A stretch of DNA of 64,000 bases. It comes from an uncultured Phycisphaerales bacterium (GTDB taxonomy: Bacteria; Planctomycetota; Phycisphaerae; Tepidisphaerales; Tepidisphaeraceae). How positions within the stretch are numbered: position 1 is the stretch's first letter; each line of letters starts with the position of its first letter. The notes under the pieces were generated by a model. The model worked only from the letters and a program-made list of their open reading frames with translations, had not been told where the DNA came from and searched no databases. Made by a program: the position numbers and the translations under genes. Of the stretch, positions 10,663-21,889 are shown piece by piece. The stretch lies in contig CAVWLP010000002.1 in NCBI GenBank assembly GCA_963755915.1, positions 3,072,001-3,136,000 on the forward strand, given 5' to 3'.

Positions 10663-11129
10663 AAATCGTCTTGTCCGGGGAGAAGCGTCCATCGCGCCAC
10701 GTCGGTACGTGTTCCGCGGGTCTACAAACGAGTCCATTATGCGTCGATCGCCCGAAGAGGGTCGATTCTTAATTACCCAGAGCCCCCAAGCCCCCCATTT
10801 TGTTGCAGAATGTCGAGTTTTGTATTTGAGTGTCCGCCGGCGAAATATCAAACCCATCCCCGCCCGCATTTGGAAATGCGGCTGAAGAAGCCTGAGCTGC
10901 AAATTGCGGGAATCAGAGAGAAGATTCGAAAGCGGGCCGCTCCACGCGAATATCGCAGTCTTCAAGTTTAATAGTCCGCCCGGCACATTCAGCGGCTTCG
11001 AGCTTGAAAAAGATTCTTTCGATCGATATTGAACTTATCGGTTCAATATACCTATGGTTGGGGGTCATGCCTTCTGGCAACTCGAATATCTCGGCGTCGA
11101 TCGCGCTTGCAAGAAATTGGGATAGGAAC

Positions 11130-12410
11130 ATGAATTTACTGCGGCCCGCTTTTTTCAATCGAATACGGAAATTCCTGCTCGCAATTGTCGGAGCGATGGT
11201 GATCCCGGTACTGACGGGTTGCGGGAATAAGCAGCTAGCGGCGATGGCGCCGCCGCCGGCGGGGGTGACCGTTGCCCATCCGGTTTCCAGGCAGGTTGTG
11301 GAATGGGACACATATACCGGCCATCTGGAATCGCCGGAGCTAGTGAATCTGGAGGCGCGGGTGAGCGGGCTGATCGTTTCGGCGCCGTTTGTGGAGGGGT
11401 CGATGGTTAAGAAGGGGGAGCTGCTTTACGAGATCGATGAGCGGCCGTTCAAGGCCGATCTGGATGCGCGGCTGGCCGACGAACAAAAAGCGGAGGCGGC
11501 GCAGGAGAATGCGAAATTGACTTATGACCGGCTGAAGGCGCTGGAAGACGGGAAGGCGGTTTCGCAACAGGATGTGGACGATGCGAAGGGAAATTACGAT
11601 CAGGCGGTCGCGGCGGTGGCCGCGGCGCGGGCGGGGATTGAAAGTTCGCGTTTGAACCTGGAATGGTGCAAAGTCACGTCGCCGATCGATGGACGGATCA
11701 GCAACAAGCTCGTCAATGTTGGGAACCTGGTGAATGGAGGGGAGGGGGAGGCGACGCTGCTGACGACGGTGGTGTCGGTGTCGCCGATTTATTGCTATGT
11801 GGATATCGACGAGCTTTCGGTGCTGAAATATCAGAAGCTGGTGGAGGAGAAGAAGCGGGTCATTTCGCGGGACGGAAGGTTGCCGTGCAGGGTGCAGTTG
11901 AGCGACGAGGCTGGGTATCCGTACTCGGGATACATTGATTTTCAGGACAATCATGTCGATCCGACGACAGGGACGCTGCGAGCGCGCGGGGTACTTGAGA
12001 ACAAGGATGGGCTGCTTACGCCGGGATTTTTTGCACGGCTGTGCATCCCCGGAAGCGCCCGCTATCAGACGCTGCTGGTGCCGGATACGGCGATTGGGAC
12101 CGATCAGAACCAGCATGTCGTGATGGTGGTGAACAAGGACAACGTCGTCGAGCCGCGGGTGGTGCAGACGGGAGCTTTGTTTGGAGATTTGCGCTCGGTT
12201 GTGTCGGGCATCAGCGCGGAGGATTGGGTGATCACCAACGGGCTGATGCACGCGAGGCCGGGCAGCGCGGTTGCGCCGACGGAGCAGCCGATCCAGGTGG
12301 ATGAATCGGCGTTTATGGATCTGGACACGAAGGATACGCGCGTGGCGATGGACATGAGCAGGGGGGAAACGGGGGCGTCGACGCGGCCGAGCGGTGAGAT
12401 TCATCGATGA
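11130..12410 (+). CDS. RND efflux membrane-fusion lipoprotein (MexE/AcrA-like)
   Basis: Lipobox VLTGC, ARVSG, VTSPIDGRIS, DNHVDPTTGTL and LTPGFFAR. Overlaps the permease start (ATGA). Confidence 0.92.
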   Translation: MNLLRPAFFNRIRKFLLAIVGAMVIPVLTGCGNKQLAAMAPPPAGVTVAHPVSRQVVEWDTYTGHLESPELVNLEARVSGLIVSAPFVEGSMVKKGELLYEIDERPFKADLDARLADEQKAEAAQENAKLTYDRLKALEDGKAVSQQDVDDAKGNYDQAVAAVAAARAGIESSRLNLEWCKVTSPIDGRISNKLVNVGNLVNGGEGEATLLTTVVSVSPIYCYVDIDELSVLKYQKLVEEKKRVISRDGRLPCRVQLSDEAGYPYSGYIDFQDNHVDPTTGTLRARGVLENKDGLLTPGFFARLCIPGSARYQTLLVPDTAIGTDQNQHVVMVVNKDNVVEPRVVQTGALFGDLRSVVSGISAEDWVITNGLMHARPGSAVAPTEQPIQVDESAFMDLDTKDTRVAMDMSRGETGASTRPSGEIHR

Positions 12411-15400
12411 AATTGGCGCATTTTTTCATAGAACGGCCGGTATTCGCGGCGGTGCTGTCGATCGTGACGGTGATCGTCGGTGGTCTTGCTATTTTTGCAT
12501 TGCCGATTGCGCAGTATCCGGAAATCGCGCCGCCGACGGTGACGGTGAGCGCCAGTTATCCCGGTGCAAACGCCAAAACGGTTGCCGAAACGGTGGCGAC
12601 GCCGATTGAGGAGCAGATCAACGGCGTCGAGGGGATGCTCTACATGTCGAGCCAGAGCACCAACGACGGCAACATGAAGCTGACGATCACGTTTAAGCTG
12701 GGGACGAATCTGGATATCGCGCAGGTGCAGGTGCAGAACCGGGTGGCGATTGCGCAGCCGGTGCTGCCTTCGGAGGTTCAGCGGGCGGGGATCGTGGTGA
12801 AGAAGGCGTCGCCGGACATTACACTGGCGGTTGCGCTTTATTCGCCGGACGGAAGCCGGGATCCGCTTTATCTGAGCAACTATGCGACGCTGCAGATAAA
12901 AGATGAGCTGGCGCGATTGCCGGGGGTGGGGGATATTTTTGTTTTCGGGGCGCGCGATTATTCGATGCGGATTTGGTTGAATCCCGAGCAGTTGGCAGCG
13001 CGTAATTTGACGGCGGGGGACGTGGTGACGGCGGTGCAGGAGCAGAACGTGCAGGTGGCGGCGGGAATCATCGGCGGCCCGCCGGTGCCGTCGGGGAAGG
13101 CGCCGTTTCAATATACGGTGAACACGCAGGGGCGGCTGGTTGAGCCGAGTGAGTTCGCCAACATCGTCGTTAAAACGGGGAGCGACGGCAGCATCACCCG
13201 ATTGAAGGATGTCGCGCGGGTGGAACTGGGGGCGGCGGATTATTCGACGACGACGCATTTTGACGGCAAGCCGGCGGTGGGAATTCCGATATTCCAATTG
13301 CCCGGCTCCAACGCGATCGAGACGGCCAATGCCATTTACGCCAAGATGGAGGAGCTGAAAAAGGATTTTCCACCGGGCGTGGCGTATTCGATTCCGTACG
13401 ACACGACGATTTTCGTGCGCAGCAGCATTCGGGATGTGGTGAAGACGCTGTTTGAGGCGATTGGGCTGGTGGCGCTGGTGGTGCTGGTATTTTTGCAGAG
13501 CTGGCGGGCATCGCTGGTGCCGCTGCTGGCGATTCCGGTCTCGCTGGTGGGGACTTTTGCGGTGATGGCGGCGTTTGGATTTTCGCTGAACAATCTCTCG
13601 CTGTTTGGGATGGTGCTGGCGATCGGAATCGTGGTGGACGACGCGATCGTGGTGGTCGAAAACGTCGACCGGTGGGTGGAGCATGGGATGGAGCCGAAGC
13701 AGGCGGCGTATCGGGCGATGCGGGAAGTGACGCCGGCGGTGATCGCAATCGCGTTTGGTCTGACGGCGGTGTTTGTGCCGGTGGCGTTTATCAGCGGGAT
13801 CACCGGGCAGTTTTACCGGCAATTCGCGCTGACGATTTCATTTTCGACTTTGCTGTCGGCGTTTAATTCGCTGACGCTGAGCCCGGCGCTGGCGGCGCTG
13901 CTGCTGAAGCCCAATACCGGGAAAAAGGATGTGCTGACGCATGTTTTTGATTTCGCGTTCGGGTGGTTTTTCAAGATTTTTAACCGCGGAATGGAGAAGC
14001 TGAATTCGGGGTATGTGACAATGGTTGGGCACGTGGTGCGTCTGTCGGCAGTGGTGCTGGTGGTTTATGCCGGATTGATCGGGCTTACGTACCTCGGATT
14101 CAGGACGGTGCCGCTGGGATTCATACCGCAGCAGGATCAGGGGTATTTGATCGCCGCGGTGCAATTGCCGGATGCGGCGTCTGTGGATCGGACCGACGCG
14201 GTGCTGTCGCGCATGGAGGAGATGGGCCTGAAAGTGCCGGGTGTTCTGGGGACTTTCTCGATCACGGGATTTAATTTGCTCACCGGCACGAACGAAACCA
14301 ACACCGGCACGATGTTTTTGCCGCTGAAGAATTTCGACGAGCGGGCGAAACATCCGGAGCAGTCGGCCGCAGCGCTCACTGGCAAACTCATGGGAATGTT
14401 CAGCCAGATTCAGGAAGGTTTCTGCCTGGTGCTGCAACCGCCGCCGGTGCAGGGAATTGGGCAGGCCGGGGGTTTCAAGATGCAGGTTGAAGACCGGGCG
14501 GGGCAATCGACGCCCCAGGAGTTGGAGGCGGCGACGGCGGGCTTGATCGCGGATGCGAGGCAGGATCCGCGAATCACTTCGCTTTTCACAACGTTCCATG
14601 CGAGCGTGCCGCAGCTCTACGCCAACGTGGACCGGGAAAAGGCAAAGAAACAGAATGTTTCGCTGTCGGATATTTTCCAGACGCTGCAGGTCTATCTTGG
14701 CAGCTATTACATCAATGACTTCAATTACCTGGGCAGAACATTCAAGGTAATGGCGCAGGCGGATGCGCCGTTTCGAATGCTGGCGACGGATGTGGCACAG
14801 CTCAAAACGCGGAACGCGGCGGGGGCGATGGTTCCGCTGGGCGCCGTCATGGATTTAAAAGACATCGCCGATGCGGACCGAATCAACCGCTACAACCTGC
14901 ATCCATCGGCCGAAATCAACGGGGCGGGAGCACCGGGCGTCAGCAGCGGGCAGGCGCTGGAGATCATGGCGAACCTGGCGAGGAAGGACCTGCCGGCCGG
15001 ATTTACCTACGAATGGACGGAACTGGCGTATCAGGAAGATACGGCAGGAAACACGGCGCTGTGGATTTTCCCGCTTTGCGTGCTGTTCGTATTCCTGACG
15101 CATTCCGCGGAATATGAAAGCTTTGCGCTATCGTCGGCGATCATTCTGATCGTGCCGATGTGTCTGTTGTGCGGGATTACGGGAGTTTACCTGAGCGGTT
15201 TGGACGACAGCATTTTTACGCAGATCGGATTCGTGGTGCTGGCGGGAATGAGCGTGAAAAACGCGGTGCTGATCGTGGAATTTGCGAAACAGCAGCAGGA
15301 GCACAATCCCACGATGCGCGCCGGCGCGGCCGCCATCGAAGCGGCGCGGCTTCGGCTGCGGCCGATTCTTATGACCAGCTTCGCGTTTATCTTTGGCGTT

Positions 15401-15613
15401 CTTCCACTGCTAGTGGCGACCGGCGCCGGTTGGGAAATGCGGCAGGCGCTGGGAACGGTGGTGTTCTACGGAATGATCGGCGTGACCTTCTTCGGATTGT
15501 TTTTGACGCCGGTGTTTTATACCGTGATTCGCAGGCTTGGCGGAGATCGCCCGATTGTCCCACCCGAAGGAAGCGAGCGATCGGAAATCCTGGAGCCGGC
15601 GATGGCGCAATAA
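12407..15613 (+). CDS. RND efflux permease (HAE1, MexF-like)
   Basis: 1068 aa; FFIERPVFA, YPEIAPPTV, GIVVDDAIVVVENV and RLRPILMTSFAFIFG. Confidence 0.96.
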   Translation: MKLAHFFIERPVFAAVLSIVTVIVGGLAIFALPIAQYPEIAPPTVTVSASYPGANAKTVAETVATPIEEQINGVEGMLYMSSQSTNDGNMKLTITFKLGTNLDIAQVQVQNRVAIAQPVLPSEVQRAGIVVKKASPDITLAVALYSPDGSRDPLYLSNYATLQIKDELARLPGVGDIFVFGARDYSMRIWLNPEQLAARNLTAGDVVTAVQEQNVQVAAGIIGGPPVPSGKAPFQYTVNTQGRLVEPSEFANIVVKTGSDGSITRLKDVARVELGAADYSTTTHFDGKPAVGIPIFQLPGSNAIETANAIYAKMEELKKDFPPGVAYSIPYDTTIFVRSSIRDVVKTLFEAIGLVALVVLVFLQSWRASLVPLLAIPVSLVGTFAVMAAFGFSLNNLSLFGMVLAIGIVVDDAIVVVENVDRWVEHGMEPKQAAYRAMREVTPAVIAIAFGLTAVFVPVAFISGITGQFYRQFALTISFSTLLSAFNSLTLSPALAALLLKPNTGKKDVLTHVFDFAFGWFFKIFNRGMEKLNSGYVTMVGHVVRLSAVVLVVYAGLIGLTYLGFRTVPLGFIPQQDQGYLIAAVQLPDAASVDRTDAVLSRMEEMGLKVPGVLGTFSITGFNLLTGTNETNTGTMFLPLKNFDERAKHPEQSAAALTGKLMGMFSQIQEGFCLVLQPPPVQGIGQAGGFKMQVEDRAGQSTPQELEAATAGLIADARQDPRITSLFTTFHASVPQLYANVDREKAKKQNVSLSDIFQTLQVYLGSYYINDFNYLGRTFKVMAQADAPFRMLATDVAQLKTRNAAGAMVPLGAVMDLKDIADADRINRYNLHPSAEINGAGAPGVSSGQALEIMANLARKDLPAGFTYEWTELAYQEDTAGNTALWIFPLCVLFVFLTHSAEYESFALSSAIILIVPMCLLCGITGVYLSGLDDSIFTQIGFVVLAGMSVKNAVLIVEFAKQQQEHNPTMRAGAAAIEAARLRLRPILMTSFAFIFGVLPLLVATGAGWEMRQALGTVVFYGMIGVTFFGLFLTPVFYTVIRRLGGDRPIVPPEGSERSEILEPAMAQ

Positions 15614-16167
15614 TGGGCAGACACAAGGAATTCACTCGCGAAGAGGTGTTAAAGAAGGCGATTCCCGTCTTTTGGGAGCATGGGTACGCGGACACCGGCG
15701 TGCAGGAACTGGAAAAGGCCACCGGGGTGAACAAGTCGGGGCTCTACTCGGAATTCAAGAGCAAGGAAGATTTGTTTCTTTGCAGTCTGCAGCACTACCT
15801 GGAAACCAGCAGCGGAAGGCGGATTTTGTCGACGGAGCCGTTGGGTTGGAACAACGTGGAGGAGTTGCTGCGGTGCAGCCTGCTTTGTCCGGATGGACAA
15901 AAGGGGTGCTTTGCGATCAGCTCGATGCGGGAGTTTGCGATTTTGCCGCAGAAGGCGCATGAGATTATCGCGCGAAACCGGGCCGAGATGAAGGAATTGC
16001 TGCTGAAGAATGTTCGCGCCGAAAAGCCAAAAACAGATCCGACCGTACTGGCCGAATTGATATCAACCTTTTTTTCTGGGCTTTGCGTTGAACAGAATCT
16101 GGACAGGAAGCGTCCGTCGACCGAGCGGGAAATCCGGGCCCTGATGACGGCGCTGCGAGGCAGTTGA
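15613..16167 (+). CDS. TetR-family transcriptional regulator
   Basis: MGRHKEFTREEVL...FWEHGYADT...GVNKSGLYSEFKSKEDLF HTH. TAATG coupling with the permease stop. Confidence 0.92.
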   Translation: MGRHKEFTREEVLKKAIPVFWEHGYADTGVQELEKATGVNKSGLYSEFKSKEDLFLCSLQHYLETSSGRRILSTEPLGWNNVEELLRCSLLCPDGQKGCFAISSMREFAILPQKAHEIIARNRAEMKELLLKNVRAEKPKTDPTVLAELISTFFSGLCVEQNLDRKRPSTEREIRALMTALRGS

Positions 16168-18735
16168 TCGGTCCTTTCGATGGAGCATCAGCAGTGAATG
16201 GAAAAAATGCACGTTGGATGGCAGTGGTGATCGCCGTAATTTGCGCGGTTAATTCGAGGGTGATGGGATCGAACAACGTGGATCAATCTTCGATTGAGGC
16301 GCGGGTTGAGCGGCTGCTGGGCGAGATGAACCAGGACGAGAAATTGTCGCTACTGACAGGCACCGGCTTCGCCACAAGGGCGATTCCCCGCCTGGACATC
16401 CCATCGATGGCGATGGCCGATGCCGGCCAGGGAGTCCGGGGCGGCGAGGATCGGACGCTGGGGCCCGCTACCGCGTTCCCTTCGGCCGTAGCGATGGCTG
16501 CAAGCTGGGATTTCGATCTGCTGACCCGGATCGGCGCGGCCATAGGTGACGAAGCTCGGAACAAAAAGACCGGCATACAGATGATGCTCGGGCCGGCGGT
16601 GAACATCCAGCGCTCGCCACTGGGGGGCCGCGATGGGGAATATTTCAGCGAAGACCCATATCTGGCAGGCCGGGCGGCGGTTGCTTTCATCCGGGGAATG
16701 CAGAACACCGGGGTTGGTTCGTGCATTAAGCATTTTGCCTGCAATAACGAGGAAGACGACCGGACGGATGTAAATGTGCGCGTCGGCGAACGCGCCTTGC
16801 GCGAGATTTATCTTCCCGCCTTTGAGGCCGGGGTGCGGGAAGGACACGTCTGGGCCGTCATGAGTTCCTACAACCTAGTCAATGGCTATCACGCTAGCGA
16901 GAACGCTTATCTGCTTCGCGACGTGCTCAAAAATGGGTGGGGGTTTGACGGAGTGGTGATGTCGGACTGGGGCGGCGTCCACCAGACGGATGTAGCCCAG
17001 TACGGAAATGATCTGGAGATGCCCGGCGGTGAGTTCGCGACGGTCGACAAACTGAAGGCCGCGCTTGCGGAGGGAAAACTCACGCAGGCCGCTGTCGACG
17101 ATTCGGTGCGGCGGATTCTGCGAACCATTGTGCGAACGGGTCTGATGGATCCGATGCCGCCCCGCGACCCGGCCGTGGTAAATTCTCCCGCGCATCAGGC
17201 CCTGGCTTTAGAGACGGCGACGAAGGGAATCGTGCTTTTGAAAAACGACGGCTCGCTCTTGCCGATCGACCCGCAGAAGGTTCACTCCATCGCGGTGTTC
17301 GGCGATGCCGCGCAATCCATGATCGTTAACGCCCAGGGGAGCCCCGAAGTGAAGACATTTTTCACTGTGCAGTTCCTCGATGGAATTCGCGCATGCGCGG
17401 GGGCTGATATTTCCGTGAGTTACACTACCGGGGAGTATGACGAACCTGTGCCGGCTTCGGTTGTCACGGCAACGGACGGCGACCAACCGGGATTTACCGC
17501 CGAGTATTTCAACGGCATGAACCTCGAGGGGAAGCCGTTCTTGCAGCGGGTCGATCCGCAAATCCAGTTTGACACCAACCACGCCCCCTGGCCCGGTGTG
17601 CCGAAAGAGCACTTCAGTGCACGGTGGACCGGCTGGCTCACCGCGCCGGAAACGGGGCGTTATCACCTGTTTCTCTCCGGGGATGATGGGTATCGCGTGA
17701 AGCTGGACGGGAAAACGATGATGGATTTCTGGCGCGACGGCATCACCGTGGGACAGGCCGTCGTCGATTTGCAAGCCGGGCGGAAATACGGGCTGCAAAT
17801 AGATTATTTTCAGGACGGAGGCGCGGCGACGGCCAAGCTGAGCTGGATCACGCCGGGCAGTAAACTTTTTCAGCCGGCGATTGAAGCGGTGCGCCAGGCC
17901 GACCTGGCCGTCGTTTGCGTTTCGACGGGGCAGGAGGAAGGTGAAGGGCATGACCGCCAGACAATGGATTTGCCCGCTGGTCAGGATGAGCTTATCTCCG
18001 CGGTAGCGGCGGCAAACAGGAACACGGTCGTGGTAATGAACAACGGCGCCCCCGTGACGCTGACGCCGTGGATCAGCGGCGTGCCGGCGGTGCTGGAGAC
18101 GTGGTTTCCCGGCGAGGAGGGGGGCGCCGCCCTGGCGAAAATTCTCTTTGGCGACATAAATCCCTCCGGCAAGCTGCCGACGACTTTTGGCGCGGCGCGA
18201 GGACTATCCCGATTACGGTCATTTTCATGGCGTGAATGGCACAGTCGACTATGCCGAAGGCATCTACGTCGGATATCGACACTTCGACAAGGCTGGCATC
18301 GAGCCGGTCTTTCCTTTCGGATACGGCCTGTCCTATACGACCTTCACGTATTCGAATCCGCAGCTCTCATCCGCAAACATGGAGGACGGACAATCGGTGA
18401 CGGCAAGCGTGGATGTGACGAATACCGGTTCGCGAGCAGGGGATGAAGTTGTCGAGCTGTTTGTGCACGATCCGCAGCCGCGCATCGATAAGTCGGTTCG
18501 GGAGCTGAAAGGTTTCGCGCGTCTTTCCCTGGCCCCCGGTCAAACCGGCACGGCGGCCTTTACGCTCAGTCCGAGGGATTTGGCTTATTTCGATGTGCCG
18601 GGAAAGCAGTGGAAAGCCGACGCCGGGTTGTATGACGTTGAATTCGCGGCATCATCGCGCGATATCCGCCAGAAGATGTCATTGAAATTGCGACGGACGT
18701 GGACGCAATCAGTTCCCCTTTCTCAGCAATTTTGA
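16164..18735 (+). CDS. GH3 beta-glucosidase with PA14 insertion and Fn3-like C-terminus, frameshifted near 18190
   Basis: GRDGEYFSEDP, IKHFACN, VVMSDWG nucleophile motif, PA14-like FSARWTG...GDDG and NPSGKLPTTF. Continues as YAEGIYVGYR...FPFGYGLSYT...ELKGF in ORF 18187-18735. Confidence 0.9.
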
Positions 18736-18924
18736 TTTGCCCCCTTTGGCCGACAGCCGGGGCAATCGCGAGCATTTCTGAAGCCGATTTTGAAGCACCT
18801 AATTCATTTGCAGCGTGCAATGATTTTGTCAATCCACAGTCGGAGAGATTGCTGAACCCGCTTCCATTGCTCAAATATTTCCCTTCGTTTTCGCAGGTGA
18901 CGAATTGGTGGGGACTACGACAAA

Positions 18925-19713
18925 GTGTCTATTCAATGTTTTGCCGGCATTGGTCGATACTACCTTTGTAGCCCGATCGCAAATCGCCGGAGAAACAGCC
19001 ACATGCCGGGGTGTGTGATGCGTGAAACCAATCAAATGGCCGAATCGATTATTCGGCTCCTTGACGACAACCAACTCCAGTCGGTCAAGACGAATTACGC
19101 CGACGGCGAGACAATCTTTGCCGCCGGTCAGCCCGCAACGAATTTTTATATCATCGAATCGGGCGAGGTTCACGTATTCGCCTCGATGGATGCCCGCAAG
19201 CAGGACCAGCTTCTGGACATTTTCGGCCCCAGGCAATGCTTCGGATTCACAGCGCTTGGTCGCCTGCCAAATTACGGCAAAACGACGAAATCCGTTGGCC
19301 CGTCAGTGCTTTACGTGATTGACGCGGATCATTTGCGGCAGGTGATCGTCGCCCGCAGCGACCTCACGCTTCAGCTCGTTGAGACGATGGCCCGTCAGCT
19401 CTATCTGTCGTGGGCCGCCCAGCGCGATTTCGTGTGCTCGGATTGCCGCCATCGGTTAATCAAAGCCCTGCTGCGGTTTCGCAATTCGCCGGTGGCGGAG
19501 CCTAGCGCCGACGGCGTGCGATTGCACATGACCCACGCGCAGCTTGCCGAGGCTATTGGTGTCGCCCGGGAAACCGTCAGTACCTGCCTGATTCAATTGC
19601 GTCACGAAAACCTGGTCCAGACGGGCAGGAATTGCATCATTTTCAATCCACTCGATCTTTCCAGGATTTGCCCGGAAGATCATTCGCTGCCAAGTTCAAC
19701 GATGGCGGTTTAA
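18925..19713 (+). CDS. Crp/Fnr-family transcriptional regulator (true start probably ~19003-19036)
   Basis: cNMP-binding-like GETIFAAGQPATNFYIIESGEV and HTH MTHAQLAEAIGVARETVS. Confidence 0.88.
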   Translation: MSIQCFAGIGRYYLCSPIANRRRNSHMPGCVMRETNQMAESIIRLLDDNQLQSVKTNYADGETIFAAGQPATNFYIIESGEVHVFASMDARKQDQLLDIFGPRQCFGFTALGRLPNYGKTTKSVGPSVLYVIDADHLRQVIVARSDLTLQLVETMARQLYLSWAAQRDFVCSDCRHRLIKALLRFRNSPVAEPSADGVRLHMTHAQLAEAIGVARETVSTCLIQLRHENLVQTGRNCIIFNPLDLSRICPEDHSLPSSTMAV

Positions 19714-19934
19714 ACGGCCTGATTCCATCATTCTGATTTCATCGTTCACATCGCAAAAACTGTAGCTCTCCATATTAGAAGATTCTGTGCGCAATAAGCT
19801 ATAAAGACCTGCGCCGGCATAGCCGAAAGAATTGATATGAGAAGCTGTCGCGGGGAATAATCCGCGCCTGTTTATCGCATTGATTTGGGATGTTGGATCG
19901 ACGTTTAGGCGGGAAGAATGTCTGGGAGCCAGGC

Positions 19935-21671
19935 ATGAAATCGATCCTGATTGTGGACGACCAGGCGGTGCTTCGGGAGCCGCTGGCGGCAAGCCTGCGG
20001 CAGGTCGGGCACACCGTCGAATGTGCCGCCAATGGCAAGGAGGCCATCGAAGTGCTTCACAAATTTCATCCTGATCTGATCCTGCTCGATGTCGCGATGC
20101 CGACAATGGACGGCATCGCGTTCCTCCGGCGGCTGCGCGCCAAACCGACGCATGCCGGCACGCGGGTGATTCTGCTCACCGTCGTCAGTGCCAGGGATCA
20201 GGTTCTGGCCGCAAGGTCGCTGGGGGTTAAGGAATATATTTTAAAGGCAAACTTCCGGCTGGCGGAATTGGTGGAGCGAATCGAAAAGGGCGACGGAAAA
20301 CCTGCATCGGAACAAAAAACTGCTTCGCCAACCGGGGCTAAGGGCCAACCCGCTAGCGCGAATGTCGCGTCGGGGAAGAAGGCCGGGGATATTCCGCAGC
20401 TTATGTCTCGGGATCAACTGCTTGAAAAGGTGGAGCGGGTATTCCAGACCAAGACGCTTTCTGGGGTCGTCGCCGAGGTCATCGCGACGGCAAGCTCCGA
20501 TCGTGGCGAGACGAGCCAGTTGGCGACGCTGATTTCGCGGGATCCGATGCTATCGGCGCGGGTTCTTCAGGTCGCCAACAGCGCGTCCTACGCGAACGGC
20601 ACGCCGGTGACAACCGTCGCCGACGCGATACGAAAAGTGGGGTACACGGCGATTCGGAACATCGCCGCCGCGCTGGGCGTTTTTGACTGCATGCCGGAGG
20701 CTGGAAAAGACGGCTTCAGCCCGATCCATTGCTGGCAGCATTCATTCGCGGTTGCCCAGGTGTGCGAAATGTTCGCCACTGAGGGGCAATTGAAACAACC
20801 GGGGCTGGCCTACCTGGTTGGGTTGTGTCATGACCTGGGGGACATCTTCATTCACACGCAGTTTGCCGAGGAGTATCGGAAAGTGATCGACCTGGCGGCG
20901 CAAACCGGTCGGCCTAGGGAAGAACTGTTTGGCGTGATGATGGGGATGACGCCGTCGCAGATGATCGCGGCGGTGCACAAATGCCTGCTGCTGCCGCAGA
21001 CGATCTGCAAGCCCATCGAAATGCTTCACACGGGGAACGGCGCGAAATCGGACGACGCGCTGACGCGGGTTCTGTGGATGGCGGAAAACTATGCCAACGC
21101 GGTGATGCTTGCATCGAGCCCCAGTTCGAACGTAGCGCCGCTGACGCAGCAGTTTTGCCGTGCGACAGTAGGGCAGCCGAGCCCCAAGCGGCCCGATCCG
21201 GCCAAGATGCGCGCAGAGGTCGTTGCGCTGACGGTGGCCTTGGCGCGGCTCTCGCGGCAGGAGGAGCGTAAGCTGCTCGCGCCGATGTTCAAGATGCAGA
21301 AGGGGAGCCTCTACATCGCCCGAAGTGCGGGCATTTCCGAATTCGATCCCATCGAACTGGCCCTTGAATCCCTGGTGAAGACCAAACTGGGCGATCGCCT
21401 GCCGGCGAATCGCGAGGCTGACGGATTCGGCGGCATGCTGGTGATCTCCGCCTCAACGGAGCAGGCGGGGTTCTCCAAAATGGAAATCGAGAGTGTGGCG
21501 GCGAAGTATCGCGTGGGCGGACGGGCGTTTCCCGTTGTGTTGGTTGCTCCCGACGCGAAACAAACCGATGGTGCCGCGGAGAATCCCTGGCGAGTGGAGC
21601 TGGCGCTTTCGGATCTTGTCGGATTTGTCGAAAAGCTCGACAAAGGCGCGGCTGTGCAGGCCGCGGCGTGA
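19935..21671 (+). CDS. Response regulator, REC + HDOD domain
   Basis: REC (ILIVDD, LLDVAMPTMDG). HDOD (DPMLSARVLQVANS, WQHSFAVA, GLCHDLG). Confidence 0.9.
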   Translation: MKSILIVDDQAVLREPLAASLRQVGHTVECAANGKEAIEVLHKFHPDLILLDVAMPTMDGIAFLRRLRAKPTHAGTRVILLTVVSARDQVLAARSLGVKEYILKANFRLAELVERIEKGDGKPASEQKTASPTGAKGQPASANVASGKKAGDIPQLMSRDQLLEKVERVFQTKTLSGVVAEVIATASSDRGETSQLATLISRDPMLSARVLQVANSASYANGTPVTTVADAIRKVGYTAIRNIAAALGVFDCMPEAGKDGFSPIHCWQHSFAVAQVCEMFATEGQLKQPGLAYLVGLCHDLGDIFIHTQFAEEYRKVIDLAAQTGRPREELFGVMMGMTPSQMIAAVHKCLLLPQTICKPIEMLHTGNGAKSDDALTRVLWMAENYANAVMLASSPSSNVAPLTQQFCRATVGQPSPKRPDPAKMRAEVVALTVALARLSRQEERKLLAPMFKMQKGSLYIARSAGISEFDPIELALESLVKTKLGDRLPANREADGFGGMLVISASTEQAGFSKMEIESVAAKYRVGGRAFPVVLVAPDAKQTDGAAENPWRVELALSDLVGFVEKLDKGAAVQAAA

Positions 21672-21732
21672 AAAATCGTATCACCGCCCGCTTCGCTAGA
21701 GATCCTGGCGCGGGCTGCGCCCGCAACCCAAC

Positions 21733-21770
21733 GGAAATAGAATCTCACGCAGAGGGGCGGAGGCGCTGAG
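21733..21770. repeat. Partial copy of the REP-like element that the intron splits
   Basis: ggaaatagaatctcacgcagagg versus ggaaatagatctcacgcagagg at 27308-27329. Confidence 0.6.
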
Positions 21771-21889
21771 AATCTGAATGGTCACCCGATGCAGTTGTGG
21801 GCGCAGTGCTCGAGCTTAATATTTCCGAAAACCCGCATCGGGACATTCGATATCGCTGAAGTTTGGGGGCCACAACGCAGTGCCAATGC

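Noticed and set aside
10639-10800. Intact tRNA or tmRNA gene
   Set aside because: No D- or anticodon arm at tRNA spacing; far too short for tmRNA and no tag reading frame.
12401-13822. Long antisense ORFs (also 11340-12404, 23517-24773, 32572-33891, 39549-40949, 53059-54048, 57552-58208, 61012-62622)
   Set aside because: They shadow better-supported genes on the opposite strand, as expected in high-GC DNA, and carry no recognisable motifs.
15160-15612. N-terminal extension or fusion on TetR (similar extensions on anSME from 45655 and aldolase from 52906)
   Set aside because: These extensions overlap neighbouring genes; the family N-termini begin at the downstream ATGs.
18925-19713. True FNR or CooA gas sensor
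   Set aside because: Several Cys are present, but the FNR N-terminal Cys cluster and CooA heme ligands cannot be matched confidently, and the start is uncertain.
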